Source: an uncultured Gemmatimonadales bacterium (GTDB taxonomy: Bacteria > Gemmatimonadota > Gemmatimonadetes > Longimicrobiales > RSA9). From it: 64,000 nucleotides of DNA. The notes under the pieces were generated by a model. That model was not told the origin of the DNA and did no database searches. It saw only the letters and a program-made list of their open reading frames with translations. How positions within the stretch are numbered: position 1 is the first letter of the stretch; each line of letters begins with the position of its first letter. Both the position numbers and the translations under genes were made by a program. The stretch lies in NCBI GenBank assembly GCA_963741945.1, contig CAVUKA010000001.1, forward strand, positions 640,001 through 704,000. The letters are read 5' to 3'. Shown one piece after another: positions 10,668-24,491 of the stretch.

Positions 10668-10679
10668 GGGGAGGCCCCC

Positions 10680-11171
10680 ATGAGCATCGCAGGCATCGCC
10701 GCCACCGCGCTGATGTTCCTCTGCATCTTCCTCATCCCCCTCGGCTGGCCCGGGCTGTGGCTCATGGTCGGGATCGTGGGCGTCGGCGGCGTGGTCGGCG
10801 CGGTTGGCTGGCCCGCGGCGCTCGTCGTTCTCGGCATCGCCGCCCTGGCCGAGCTCCTCGAGTTCTTCATCGTTCGCGCCATGAGCACCCGCTACGGCGG
10901 CTCACCCGCCGCGTTCTGGGGCGCCATCGTGGGCGGCACCGCCGGCGTCTTCATCGGCGTCCCCATCCCCGTCATCGGCCCCGTCATTGCCGGCGTCCTC
11001 GGCTCCTTCCTCGGCGCAGCCGCCGTCACCATCCACGAGTCCCGCGACATCGCCGCCGCCTCCCGCGTGGGCTGGGGCGTGGTCCTCGCACGCGGCCTCG
11101 CCGCCTTCGTCAAGATCGCCGCCGCCTTCGTCGTCCTGGTGGTGGGCGGAACCGCCTGGATCGTGAAGTAG
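10680..11171 (+). CDS. DUF456 family membrane protein
   Basis: IPLGWPG, RYGGS..FWGAIVGG, PIPVIGPVIAG pattern; SD GGGGAGG. Confidence 0.8.
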   Translation: MSIAGIAATALMFLCIFLIPLGWPGLWLMVGIVGVGGVVGAVGWPAALVVLGIAALAELLEFFIVRAMSTRYGGSPAAFWGAIVGGTAGVFIGVPIPVIGPVIAGVLGSFLGAAAVTIHESRDIAAASRVGWGVVLARGLAAFVKIAAAFVVLVVGGTAWIVK

Positions 11172-11294
11172 CGACCCTGCCGCCCGCGGCGGGAGCGCCG
11201 CTCGCCGCACGCATCGTGACACCGGCGACGCGGCGCATCCATGGCGGAATCGGCCGTCTCCCGGCCGACGCCGCCGACCTGGAGGACCATCCGC

Positions 11295-11446
11295 GAAAAT
11301 CTCTCCACCTGGAGCGTACGTGAAAATCTCTCCACCTGGAGAGACCCGACACGCGCGTTGGAGTCCGTACGTGATTGCCGGCAAGGGACTTACGACGATC
11401 GCGACCAGCCGGGATCTCTCCAGGTGGAGAGACTTTCTGCGACGAC
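11295..11446. repeat. Three copies of the dyad TCTCTCCA-NN-TGGAGAGA
   Basis: Direct copies at 11295-11314 and 11322-11345; inverted copy at 11414-11437. Confidence 0.85.
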
Positions 11447-11449
11447 GCC

Positions 11450-12040
11450 CTACGCCCGGTACAGACCCTCGCGCTCGATGATGGCCTCCACGGCCTCCGG
11501 GACCAGGTAGCGGATCGGCTCGCCGGCGCGGACGCGACGGCGGATGTCGGTGGAGGAGATCTCCAGGGTGGGGACCGTCACGTGCGCCACGCGCCGGCCG
11601 GGCAGCTCCGGCACCGCCTGCCCCTCGCGGGCGAAGAGCGCGAGCGCGGCCAGCTCGGCGATGGCGTCGGGCTCGCGCCACGTGTCGAACTCGGCCGCCT
11701 GGTCGGCGCCCATGGCCAGGAACAGCTCGATCCCCGCGGCGGGTGGTGGGCCGCCGTACGCATCGTGCAGGGCGCGCAGCGTATCGACGCTGTACGAAGC
11801 GCCGCCGCGGCGCAGCTCGGCGTCGCTGACTTCGAAGCGCGGGTCGTCGCCCGCAGCCGCGCGCAGCATCTCCAGCCGCACGGCTCCGGCCGAAACTTCG
11901 CGGTCCCGCTTGTGCGGCGGCACCGCCGCGGGCACCAGCAGCAGCCGGTCCAGCTCCAGCTGCCAGTGGATCTCCTGCGCCGCCACGAGGTGCCCCAGGT
12001 GCGGCGGGTCGAACGTGCCGCCGAACACGCCGATCCTCAT
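11450..12040 (-). CDS. nadD: Nicotinate-nucleotide adenylyltransferase
   Basis: GVFGGTFDPPHLGH, PPHK, SYSVDTL, MGADQ, ISSTDIR. Confidence 0.96.
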   Translation of the reverse strand: MRIGVFGGTFDPPHLGHLVAAQEIHWQLELDRLLLVPAAVPPHKRDREVSAGAVRLEMLRAAAGDDPRFEVSDAELRRGGASYSVDTLRALHDAYGGPPPAAGIELFLAMGADQAAEFDTWREPDAIAELAALALFAREGQAVPELPGRRVAHVTVPTLEISSTDIRRRVRAGEPIRYLVPEAVEAIIEREGLYRA

Positions 12041-12050
12041 TGCCGCGTCT

Positions 12051-15419
<3,369 letters not shown>

Positions 15420-15612
15420 CAATCCTCGTGTGTGCTCGCGCGTCCGCGCCTGCCTGTCCCGCCCATTCCGCCCACAATCGCTCTGGTACCCATGCCGATC
15501 GGGATCGGTCCGAACCTGTAAGCGTACTCCCGCCCCCCGCCCCCCGCCACCCCCGGCACCCGAGGAACGCGGAGCGGGCGAAGCACACGAATCCGCCACC
15601 ACGCCTACCGAC

Positions 15613-15646
15613 GCTCGCTCCACCTGGAGAGAATTTCCGCGACGAC
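15613..15646. repeat. Fourth copy of the CTCCACCTGGAGAGA element
   Basis: GCTCGCTCCACCTGGAGAGAATTTCCGCGACGAC shares the flank GGAGAGAnTTTCnGCGACGAC with 11425-11446. Confidence 0.7.
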
Positions 15647-15753
15647 ACAGGCGCCCACCGTCCACCGCGCAACAGTACCCTGGCATATTCCGCCGGAATG
15701 CGTAATCATTCCGCCCGCTTCCCTTCAGTCAGCCGACAGTCGGAATAGACGAC

Positions 15754-16386
15754 GTGCTCCCAGTCCCGGCGGTGGTGCGCACGACCCTGATGGCCGCGGC
15801 CGTTCTCGGATGGCTCGCCTCCCCCTTCGCGGCGGCGGCTGCGCAGGCGCTCCCGGCCGCGCCCGCGCCGGCCCGCGCCACCCTCGTGGCCGCCGAGGCG
15901 GCGGCCGTCGACACGAGCTCGCTGGCGGCGCTGATCAACGCGTACCGCGCGCGGCACGGGCTGCCGCCGATCCCGGTGTCGCCATCGCTCACGGCCGTCG
16001 CGCTGGCGCACGTGGGAGACCTGGAGCAGAACGGCGCGGACCATGGCTCGTGCAACCTGCACAGCTGGTCCGACCGCGGCCGCTGGACCGCCGCCTGCTA
16101 TACCGACGACGGCAGCCGTGCGCCGGCCATGTGGGACAAGCCCGCGCAGATCACCGGCGGCGTGTACACGGGCAACGGCTACGAGATCGCCGCGTGGCGG
16201 CTCCCCGGCATCAGCGCCTCCCGCGCCTTCGAGCTCTGGATGTCGAACCGCGCGCACCGGGCCGTGATCCTGAGCCGCGGCCCGTGGTCGCACGCCCGCT
16301 GGCGCGCCCTCGGCGTCGCCGTCTCAGACCACTACGCCGTCGCCTGGTTCGGCACCATCCCCGACCCCGCCCTCGCCGAGCAGTAG
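15754..16386 (+). CDS. Secreted CAP/SCP domain protein
   Basis: Signal peptide; LINAYRARHGLP, AHVGDL, CNLHSWS, GYEIA, WMSNRAHRAVIL, AVAWFG. Confidence 0.85.
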   Translation: MLPVPAVVRTTLMAAAVLGWLASPFAAAAAQALPAAPAPARATLVAAEAAAVDTSSLAALINAYRARHGLPPIPVSPSLTAVALAHVGDLEQNGADHGSCNLHSWSDRGRWTAACYTDDGSRAPAMWDKPAQITGGVYTGNGYEIAAWRLPGISASRAFELWMSNRAHRAVILSRGPWSHARWRALGVAVSDHYAVAWFGTIPDPALAEQ

Positions 16387-16611
16387 CCCCGCCACCCCTC
16401 CGCTCCGCCGCGGCGCGCGCCCGTGGCTGGACCCCCGGAGCCGTGGATCGCCCAAGAGATGACACGGCACGACCGGTTTGGTCGTTCGCCGGCACATGGA
16501 GCCGTCCAGCCTCCAGTGAAATCGCGCCGCGCAGATCGAAGTGCGTTCAACGGCATATACCGCCGTCGATCGTACAAACGCCCCGCCCGGCGGCAACGAA
16601 TGGACGATCGA

Positions 16612-16642
<31 letters not shown>

Positions 16643-17141
16643 CTTAGCCGGTATCCCGGCTCCCCGTCGTTTCGCCTGGCCATGACTGATCGCCGCGCTT
16701 CCAACCGCATTGGTCCGTGGGTGGCCCCTGGATCAGGGGCTGCTTCCATGCTCCCTCGACCGCGCCCTGGACGGACGCGTCGGCGCCGCGCGACTGGGGT
16801 TCGAGGGTCGCGCGCGCACCGGAAGGGATGTGTCGGGCTCCCCCGCAGGGGGCCCTGTGCCGGAATGCCAAGAAGGTAGGCCGGAATCCACCGAACGTCC
16901 AGGCGAACGATTCAGATGTTCCCGCCGCGGGGCGCGGGACGGCGCTCGCGCTGGTCCGCGCAAACACATGCGCGCGTGGCACTTGGGACGGCTCTTATCC
17001 GCGGATAACGGCGCCGTCAGCGGGCGCCGCCATCCTCTCTCCTGCCGGGGGCGGTCGACGGGCCGCGATGCCCCGGCGAGGCCGGCCGTGATGACGCGGC
17101 GCGGTCCATCAGCAGCAACATCTTCTAGGAGAGCGACAACG

Positions 17142-17780
17142 ATGTACCGAGCTTCACTTTCCCTTCTGGCCGCGACAGCGCTCCTGAGCGCGTGCGGGAG
17201 CCTCCCCGGGCACCGGGACCGGTCAGGAGCGCTCCGAGAACAACATGGCGTGGGCATCGCCCAGCTCGCCATCCAGAAGCTGCTGGAGGCCGGCCAGTTC
17301 CGGATCCTGGAGCGGTCGCAGCTCGACGAGGTTCTCCAGGAGCAGAACCTGGCGTCGTCGGAGCGGGCGGACGCCGGGCAGTCGGAGCTCGTGAAGCAGG
17401 CCAAGCTCCTGGGCGCGCAGTACATGCTCACCGGCGCCATCACGAAGCTCGGCTTCGAGGAGAACACCAAGGGCCTCGCCCTCGGCGGCCTCGGCATCCC
17501 GGGCGTGGGCGGCATCGGCAAGAAGAGCCAGAAGACCCACGTCGTCATCACCGGTCGTCTCGTCGACACGTCCACGGGCGAGATCGTGGCCAGTGTGACG
17601 GGCGAGGGGCTTTCGACGAAGGGCGGCGGCTTCGCCCTCGCCGGCGCGGGGCTCGCGGGCGGCGTCGCCCTCGGCAGCGGCACGAGCAACGTCAAGGAGA
17701 CCGCCATCGGCGAGGCCACCGACGCCGCCGTCAATCACATGGTCGCCCAGCTCGCCGAGCGCTGGCAGGCCGGGATGTAG
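17142..17780 (+). CDS. CsgG/HfaB-family lipoprotein (N-terminal part looks short)
   Basis: Lipobox LSAC; FRILERSQLDEVLQEQNL, GAQYMLTGAIT, RLVDTSTGEIVAS; SD AGGAG. Confidence 0.8.
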   Translation: MYRASLSLLAATALLSACGSLPGHRDRSGALREQHGVGIAQLAIQKLLEAGQFRILERSQLDEVLQEQNLASSERADAGQSELVKQAKLLGAQYMLTGAITKLGFEENTKGLALGGLGIPGVGGIGKKSQKTHVVITGRLVDTSTGEIVASVTGEGLSTKGGGFALAGAGLAGGVALGSGTSNVKETAIGEATDAAVNHMVAQLAERWQAGM

Positions 17781-17965
17781 CATCGGACCCGCCGCGGAGG
17801 CCTCGTCCCGGCCCCGCCGGGAGTCTCCGCCCCTTCGTCTCACCCCATCGACCCACCCGGGGAGGGGCTCGCCCCCTCCCCCACCCCCCTCCCCCCTCGT
17901 GTCCGTGGCTCCGACTCGTCTCCGGCGCCGGCCGTTCGTACGCGCTCTCCGCCTCCTGATCCCCA

Positions 17966-17995
17966 TTGACACCGGCTCAGGCGCCGCCATACCGT
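17966..17995 (+). promoter_or_regulatory. Candidate sigma70 promoter for the S8 protease
   Basis: TTGACA-N18-TACCGT. Confidence 0.45.
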
Positions 17996-18058
17996 TCTTC
18001 CACCTCCCGGCGTCCCCGATCACGACTACCGGCACTTCCTTTCAACGGAGGGGCGCGC

Positions 18059-19526
18059 ATGCGACGTGCAATTGCGTGTGTCTTCACGGCCGCGGCCCTG
18101 GCCGCGTGCACCGACGGGGATCCCGTCGCCATTTCCCCCGCTTCCCCCGCCTCGCCCGACGTCTCTGTCGTGCCGGCCGAGCAGGGTCAGACCGTTCCGG
18201 ACCAGTACATCGTGGTCTTCCGCCCTGGCACGGCCAATCCCGCCGGCGTGGCCCGCGGGCTCGTGAACGCCGCGGGCGGCCGCATGCTCTTCACCTACTC
18301 CAGCGCCCTCCAGGGCTTCGCGGCGAAGCTGCCCGCGCAAGCGCTGGACGGCATCCGCCGCAACCCGAACGTCGAGCTCATCGAGCCCGACCAGGTGGTC
18401 ACCGCCGACGCCTCCGGCACGCAGACCCCCACACCCAGCTGGGGCCTCGACCGCATCGATCAGCGCGACCTGCCGCTGGACGGCTCCTACACCTACGAGA
18501 CCGACGGCGCCGGCGTCACCGCCTACGTCATCGACACCGGCATCCTGCTGGCGCACAACGACTTCACCGGCCGCGTGACCAGCGGCTGGGACTTCGTCGA
18601 CAACGACGCCGTGGCCACAGACTGCGCCGGCCACGGCACCCACGTGGCCGGGACCATCGGCGGGACGACGTACGGTGTGGCGAAGAAGGTGCAGCTCGTG
18701 GCTGTCCGCGTCCTCGACTGCAGCGGCAGCGGCACCACGTCGGGCGTGATCGCCGGCGTCGACTGGGTCACAGCGCACCATGCCACGCCCGCCGTCGCCA
18801 ACATGTCGCTGGGCGGCGGCCTGAGCGTCAGCCTGAACAACGCCGTCCAGAGCTCGATCGCGAAGGGCGTGGCCTACGCCGTGGCCGCGGGCAACAGCAA
18901 CCGCGACGCCTGCCGCTTCTCGCCCGCGTCCGCGCCCAGACGCCATGACCGTCGGGGCGACCACGTCCAGCGACGCCCGCGCGTCGTACTCGAACTACGG
19001 CGCCTGCGTGGACTTCTTCGCCCCCGGCTCCTCCATCACCTCGGACTACTTCACGAGCACCACGGCCGCGGCCACCATGAGCGGGACCTCCATGGCCTCG
19101 CCCCACGTGGCCGGGATCGCCGCCCTCTACCTGGACGCCAACCCGGACGCCTCGCCCGCCCAGGTCCGCGACGCCATCTTCGACGCCGCCACCAAGGGCA
19201 TCGTCACGAACGCCCGGTCCACCTACAACCACCTGGTCTTCAGCCGCTTCGCCACGGCCCCGCCGCCGCCGCCTCCGCCGACGGCCGACATCACGCTGGA
19301 CGTGGCCGGCCGTACGGTCCGCGACCGCTTCTACGCCGACCTCTCCTGGTCCGGCGCCACCGGCTCCAGCGTCGACGTCTACCGCGACGGCTCGCTCCGC
19401 ACGACCACCAAGAACGACGGTGCGTACACCGACAACATCGGCAAGACCGGCGGCAGCTACGCCTACAAGGTCTGCGAGGTTGGCAGCACCACCGTCTGCT
19501 CGGCCCAAAAGACCGTGACCTTCTGA
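18059..19526 (+). CDS. S8 subtilase (aqualysin/proteinase K-like) lipoprotein with I9 propeptide and C-terminal beta domain; +1 frameshift near 18938
   Basis: Lipobox LAAC; WGLDRIDQR, VIDTG, GHGTHVAG and VAAGN in one frame; GTSMASPHVAG in the next. An extra A in GCG CCC A GAC GCC splits them. Confidence 0.9.
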
Positions 19527-19589
19527 CGCCTCCCCTCACCGGCCCGGCTGCCCACCCGGGCCGGTGAGCCTCCCCGCCCGCCTCCAACT

Positions 19590-19632
19590 CCGTGACACGA
19601 AGGGCTCGAAGGGTCGAAGACCTCGAAGAACG
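19590..19632. repeat. CGTGACACGAAG family element
   Basis: CCGTGACACGAAGGGCTCGAAGGG is identical to 42802-42825. Confidence 0.85.
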
Positions 19633-19734
19633 ACAATGGAGCGTGGCACGTCGGCCGTGGCGCTTGCCCTCGCGCCCGACGTGGACGCCGACCCGACCCG
19701 GCCGCCCCTCCGCCCCTCATATCAATCGCCAAGG

Positions 19735-19930
19735 GTGGCTGAATCCATCGCCGACACGTTTCGGCGCAGAGGTCTCACCCAGGAACATGGTGTCCGGACA
19801 TGGGCGTGGATCAAGGAACGGTGTCGAAGCTCGTGAGCGGCCGCCTGGACGGCTTCTCGCAGGAGCGCCTCGTCCGCTATCTGAACGGGTTGGGCGACGG
19901 CGTGGAGATTCTCCCCGCCCCCGAACACAC
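19735..19930 (+). pseudogene. Frameshifted XRE/HTH_37 (HigA-like antitoxin) remnant
   Basis: VAESIADTFRRRGLTQE then, after a frame change, MGVDQGTVSKLVSGRLDGFSQERLVRYLNGLGDGVEI. Confidence 0.7.
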
Positions 19931-20025
19931 CCGCACAAGAAAAGCCCGGCCGCCATCCTCCGCGCCCGGGCCTCTCCCGCGTCACCTGCTCGCTTTCCCG
20001 CCCTACACGATCCTGTCCCTTCCCG

Positions 20026-22536
20026 CTACTCCCCGTAGTACGCGTACTGGTAGTACCCGCCGTACTTCGGCACCGTGGCGTCCGGGTCGTTCAGCACCGC
20101 CCCCAGGATCCGGGCCCTCACGTTGTCCAGCTGCCGCACCGCCTCGCGGGCCGCCCCCTGGTCCGTCTGCCCTGCCCGCACCACCATCACCACGCCATCC
20201 GCACGCGCGCCCAGGATCGCGGCGTCGCCCGCGGCCAGGAGCGGCGGGGTGTCGAAGATGATGAGCTCGAAGTTCTCGCGCAGCTTCTCCACCAGCTCCC
20301 GCATGCGCGCGCTCCCCAGCACTTCCGACGGGTTCGGCGGGAGCGCGCCGGAGGGCAGGACGAACAGCCCGTCCACCTCGGTGGCCCGCACCGCGTCCTC
20401 GGCGCCCGCGCGCCCCATGAGCAGCTCCGTGAGCCCCGGCTCCCTGGTCGCGCCGAACACCCGGTGCAGCCTGGCCTTCCTCAGGTCCGCGTCCACCACC
20501 AGCACCCGCACGCCCTGCTGTGCGAACGTGGTGGCCAGGTTTGACGCCGCCGTGGTCTTCCCTTCCGCTTCCCCGGAGCTCGTCACCACGATGATCCGCA
20601 GCTCCTCGCCCAGCTGCGAGAAGAGCAGGTTTGTCCGCAGCGTACGGTACGCCTCCGCCCCCGACGAGCGCGCGTCGTGGAGCACCACCAGCTCCCGCGT
20701 CGACGACCCGATGGCTCGCCCGGAGCCCTCGCCGCCCGCACCTCCGCCGCCACCCGCCGCGACCTTCCCATTCCCGTTCGCCCCGGCCGGTACCGGAACG
20801 CGCTGGCCTTTCCCCAGCGCCGGCACCCGCCGCCCGGCGATCCGCCGGCCGTTTCCGTTGCCCGTGTGCAGACGCGGCACGACGCCCAGGGGCGTGAGGC
20901 CGAGCACGCGCTCGATGTCGTCCTTGCGACGGATGGCGGTATCCATGTGCTCGCGCAGGAACGCGCCGCCGGAGCCCAGCATCAGCCCCAGCATCGCCGC
21001 CAGCGCCAGCTTCAGCGGCGTACCCGTGCCGATGGGCTCGTCCGGCAGCGGCGCGGCGTCCAGGATCTCCACCTGACCAGCCTCCACGGCCTCGGAGATC
21101 TGCGCCTTCTGGTACTCCTCGCGCAGCTGGTCTGCCATGTTCTTGATGGTCTCGAAGCGCTGCACCAGCCTCGCCTCTTCCGACTCCGTCGCCGGCAGGC
21201 GCCGCATGGTGGCCGCGTTCCTCGCCTTCAACTCGTCCAGCGCCTGCACCCTCGCCGCCAGCGACGCCACGTGGCTCCCCGCCGCGTCCAGCAGGTCACC
21301 CTCCGTCCGCTGGATCAGCGAGTCCAGCGCCGTCACGTCCGGGTTCGTATGCGCCGACCCCCACTCCCCTTCCGTCACGGAGTCCCGGGCCGCGCCGTAC
21401 GCCGCCAGCTTCTGGTAGAGCGACGCGATCACCGGGTTCTGCGCCATCTCCGGCACCGACACGAGCGCCCGCAGCGCCTCCCGCTGGGGCGCGCGGCCTT
21501 CCGCCTTCCTTGCCGATACCAGCAGCCGGTCGTACATGCGGCGCTGGGCCGCCAGCTCCTCGCGCCGCACGTCCAGCTCCATCATCCCCGCCTGCTCCGC
21601 GGACAGCCGCGCGTCCGAGCTGTACATTTCCTTGCTGCTCCGGAACGCGCTCAGCTGCCCGTGCGTGGCCGTGAGCAGCGAGTCCGTCCCCGCCAGCTGC
21701 TCCTCGATGAACACCCGGCGACGCCGCGCCTCGTCCTGCGCCGACCGCCGGTCCTCCTCCTGGTACGCCTCCACCACCGAGTTCACCACGCGCCGCGCCA
21801 GGTGCGGGTCGTGCCCCACGTACGTCACGTCCACAACGTCCGTCTGGTCCCGGGCCGACGCCGTGAGCTGCTCCTGGAGCGCGTCGATCGCCGCGGGCCG
21901 GGAACGAAGCACGAACGTGGCCTCGTCCATGTCCGGATCTGCGGCGATGGCGAACGCGAACCCGTCAGCTTCCGCCCGCCCGCCGTACGCCGTGGGACTC
22001 ACCGCACCCTCCACCTGGAAGCCGGTGTCCTCGAAGCGCACCTTCAGCGTGTCCGTCCGCGACGGGTCCTCCACCACCACGCCCCGCACCAGGTCCCGCG
22101 GGAACGCCGGCGATTCCGGCGCCAGCCGCAGCCCCTCCCGGTCCACCACCACGCCCGCCACCCGCCGGCTGCGCAACACCTGGATCTGCGACAGCAGCGG
22201 GTCCGTGGTCCGGCCCACCAGCTGGTCCAGCCCCGGCGCTTCCAGCCCCGCGGTCATGGCCTTCCGCGCGTCCACCACCCGGATCGTCGCCTGGGCGCGG
22301 TACTCGGGGTGCTGGAGTCGGATGAACGCGAACGCCCCAGCCACGCACAACACCATCGCGCCCGCCACCAGCCAGGCGTGACGCCGCAGGATCTCGAACA
22401 CCTCCCGCAGCTCGATCTCGTCCGCCGCCCGCTCAGGCGCGCGCGGCCGGCCAGGAGACCCGAACGCGCCGTTGCCCCGGGGCGCTACCGGGCCGCCGTC
22501 GTGCGGCGGCGAGGGAAGGTTCCGTCCGTCGGTCAT
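20026..22536 (-). CDS. wzc: Polysaccharide co-polymerase / BY tyrosine autokinase
   Basis: Wzz-like N-terminus, coiled coil, AEAYRTLRTNL, GEGKT-like Walker A (AEGKTT), DADLRK, DTPP, C-terminal Tyr cluster YGGYYQYAYY. Confidence 0.95.
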   Translation of the reverse strand: MTDGRNLPSPPHDGGPVAPRGNGAFGSPGRPRAPERAADEIELREVFEILRRHAWLVAGAMVLCVAGAFAFIRLQHPEYRAQATIRVVDARKAMTAGLEAPGLDQLVGRTTDPLLSQIQVLRSRRVAGVVVDREGLRLAPESPAFPRDLVRGVVVEDPSRTDTLKVRFEDTGFQVEGAVSPTAYGGRAEADGFAFAIAADPDMDEATFVLRSRPAAIDALQEQLTASARDQTDVVDVTYVGHDPHLARRVVNSVVEAYQEEDRRSAQDEARRRRVFIEEQLAGTDSLLTATHGQLSAFRSSKEMYSSDARLSAEQAGMMELDVRREELAAQRRMYDRLLVSARKAEGRAPQREALRALVSVPEMAQNPVIASLYQKLAAYGAARDSVTEGEWGSAHTNPDVTALDSLIQRTEGDLLDAAGSHVASLAARVQALDELKARNAATMRRLPATESEEARLVQRFETIKNMADQLREEYQKAQISEAVEAGQVEILDAAPLPDEPIGTGTPLKLALAAMLGLMLGSGGAFLREHMDTAIRRKDDIERVLGLTPLGVVPRLHTGNGNGRRIAGRRVPALGKGQRVPVPAGANGNGKVAAGGGGGAGGEGSGRAIGSSTRELVVLHDARSSGAEAYRTLRTNLLFSQLGEELRIIVVTSSGEAEGKTTAASNLATTFAQQGVRVLVVDADLRKARLHRVFGATREPGLTELLMGRAGAEDAVRATEVDGLFVLPSGALPPNPSEVLGSARMRELVEKLRENFELIIFDTPPLLAAGDAAILGARADGVVMVVRAGQTDQGAAREAVRQLDNVRARILGAVLNDPDATVPKYGGYYQYAYYGE

Positions 22537-23150
22537 CGCGTCGCGTAGTTGATGATCATGGCCGTGGCGCCCAGAATGCTCGCCACCGGCGCGAAGTAGT
22601 CACGGAGCCAGTTCCGGCGCCGACTCACAATGATCTGGTCGCCGGAGCGGACTTTCAACGCCGCCACCCCGGCCTCCGGCTTCGTCAGATCGATCTTGAA
22701 TTGCTGACCATCGCGGAACAGGATCACCCTGTCCATGCGGCCCTGGTCCGTCGCCCCGCCAGCCTTCGCCACCGCTTCACCCAGCGTGGTCTCGGGCGTG
22801 AGGGGGTACAGGTTCGGCAGCCGCACCTCGCCCCCCACCGCCACCCGGAACAGCGGCTCGATCACGAAGCTCGGTGAAGACTCGTAGCGGGAGAGAAAGC
22901 GCCCGATCTTCACCTCCGCCGAGTCGGCCGTCAGTCCGGCCACATGAACACCCCGGTACAGCGGGTGGCGGATCGTGCCATCCTCGGCAATGTCGAATTC
23001 GCCGCTCAGCTCCTCGTTCCGCCACACCGTGATGCGCACCGCGTCGCCCGCGTGCAGCACCGGGTCCGGGTTGGTGGTGGGGAGATCCTGCGCCGCCGCG
23101 AGCGCGGGGGCGAGGAGGAACGGGGCCAGCAGCAGGATACGCCAGGTCAT
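22533..23150 (-). CDS. wza: Polysaccharide export protein (Poly_export + SLBB, Wza-like)
   Basis: Signal peptide; LHAGDAVRITVW, DGTIRHP, VGGEVRLP, AKAGG, RSGDQIIV. Confidence 0.88.
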   Translation of the reverse strand: MTWRILLLAPFLLAPALAAAQDLPTTNPDPVLHAGDAVRITVWRNEELSGEFDIAEDGTIRHPLYRGVHVAGLTADSAEVKIGRFLSRYESSPSFVIEPLFRVAVGGEVRLPNLYPLTPETTLGEAVAKAGGATDQGRMDRVILFRDGQQFKIDLTKPEAGVAALKVRSGDQIIVSRRRNWLRDYFAPVASILGATAMIINYATR

Positions 23151-23201
23151 CGGCGACTCGATCGTTCTCACAGGTTCAAACAGTCCACTAAGTTAATGGC
23201 G

Positions 23202-24491
23202 TCAATCGGCTCGTGGTACCACGGACTGGAGGATCTCCAGGTAGCGGGCGGCCAGCGCTTCGCGGCTGTAGTGCCGGGCGACGTAGCCCCGCCCACGCTC
23301 GCCGTCTGCCGCGCGTTCGGCGGGCGCCCTCCCGCGCAGGCGCAGAATCCCTTCGGCCATCGCGTCCGCGTCGCCCGGCGGGCTGACCAGCCCCGCGCCG
23401 CTCTCCTCCACGATCCTCGCCGCCTCGCCGGCCACGCTGGCCAGCAGCGGCCGCTGGCAGGCCAGCACCTCGAAGATCTTCGACGGCACCGTCTCGGTGA
23501 AGATGGGGACGGGGGCGAGGGGGACAAGGCAGAGGTCGCACGCGTTGTAGAACGCCCGCGTGCGCTCCTTCTCGATCGGCGGGTGGATGCTCAGGTTCGG
23601 CAGCCGCAGCTCCGCGGCCCTCGCCTCCACCAGCGACTTCTCCTTGCCATCCCCCACCAGCACGAAGCGCACGTCGGGCGCCCGCTCCTTCAGCCGCGCG
23701 GCCGCTTCCACGACGGTGCGGATTTCCTGCCCCGCGCCGAAGTTGCCCAGGTAGCCCACCACGAACCCGCCGCTGGTCCGGGCCAGCTCCGGCAGCGGCG
23801 GCGGCGCGTCCGGGTCGCGGTAGTACGCGTCCATGCCCACGCCGTTCGGGATCACGTCAATGCGCTCGGCGGGGAAACCCTTGTCCGCCACCCGCCGCCG
23901 GAACGACTCCGTGACGACGATCGCGCGGCTCGCCCGCCGGAGCAGGTAGCGCTCGAGCCCGAACAGCGCGCGCTGCCCCGCGCGGTTCCGGAGCACGCCC
24001 ATCTCCACCATGTAGTCCGGCCACAGGTCCCGGATCTCCAGCACCAGCGGCGCCCGCTTCAGGCGACGCACGGCGTCTCCCGCCACGTGGGCCAGGAATG
24101 GCGGCGAGCTGGCGATCACCACGTCCAGCGGGCCGGCGCGGCGCAGGGCGTGGAGCGCCCCCGTGACCATGAACGACACGTTGTTGGCCACCGTGTGGGC
24201 GAAGCCGCGGTCCGGGCTCGTCCACACCCAGGAGCGGAGGACGCGGATGCCGTCCACGCGCTCCTCCATGAAGCGGCGCCCCCGGTAGTCCGGGTGGACC
24301 TCGCCGTCGGGCCGCCCCGGCATGCGACGCCACGGCATCCCCGTGACCACCGTCACGTCCGCCCCGGCCGCCGTCCAGTGCCGCGACAGCTCCAGCACCC
24401 TCGCGGGGCCCGCCCCCACTTCGGGGGGGAAGTCCTGGTTGATGTAGCCAATGCGAAGAGGCCGGCCGCCGTCCGTCCCGCTATCCGTCAT
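23202..24491 (-). CDS. GT4 glycosyltransferase (WbuB-like)
   Basis: FPPEVGAG, SSPPF, EIRDLWPD, IPNG, PSKIFE. Confidence 0.92.
   Translation of the reverse strand: MTDSGTDGGRPLRIGYINQDFPPEVGAGPARVLELSRHWTAAGADVTVVTGMPWRRMPGRPDGEVHPDYRGRRFMEERVDGIRVLRSWVWTSPDRGFAHTVANNVSFMVTGALHALRRAGPLDVVIASSPPFLAHVAGDAVRRLKRAPLVLEIRDLWPDYMVEMGVLRNRAGQRALFGLERYLLRRASRAIVVTESFRRRVADKGFPAERIDVIPNGVGMDAYYRDPDAPPPLPELARTSGGFVVGYLGNFGAGQEIRTVVEAAARLKERAPDVRFVLVGDGKEKSLVEARAAELRLPNLSIHPPIEKERTRAFYNACDLCLVPLAPVPIFTETVPSKIFEVLACQRPLLASVAGEAARIVEESGAGLVSPPGDADAMAEGILRLRGRAPAERAADGERGRGYVARHYSREALAARYLEILQSVVPRAD

Noticed and set aside
11295..11345. Mini-CRISPR
   Set aside because: Only two direct copies about 7 nt apart; no real spacer.
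16995..17003. DnaA box / replication origin
   Set aside because: TTATCCGCG has two mismatches to TTATCCACA, with no box cluster, AT-rich unwinding element or dnaA nearby.
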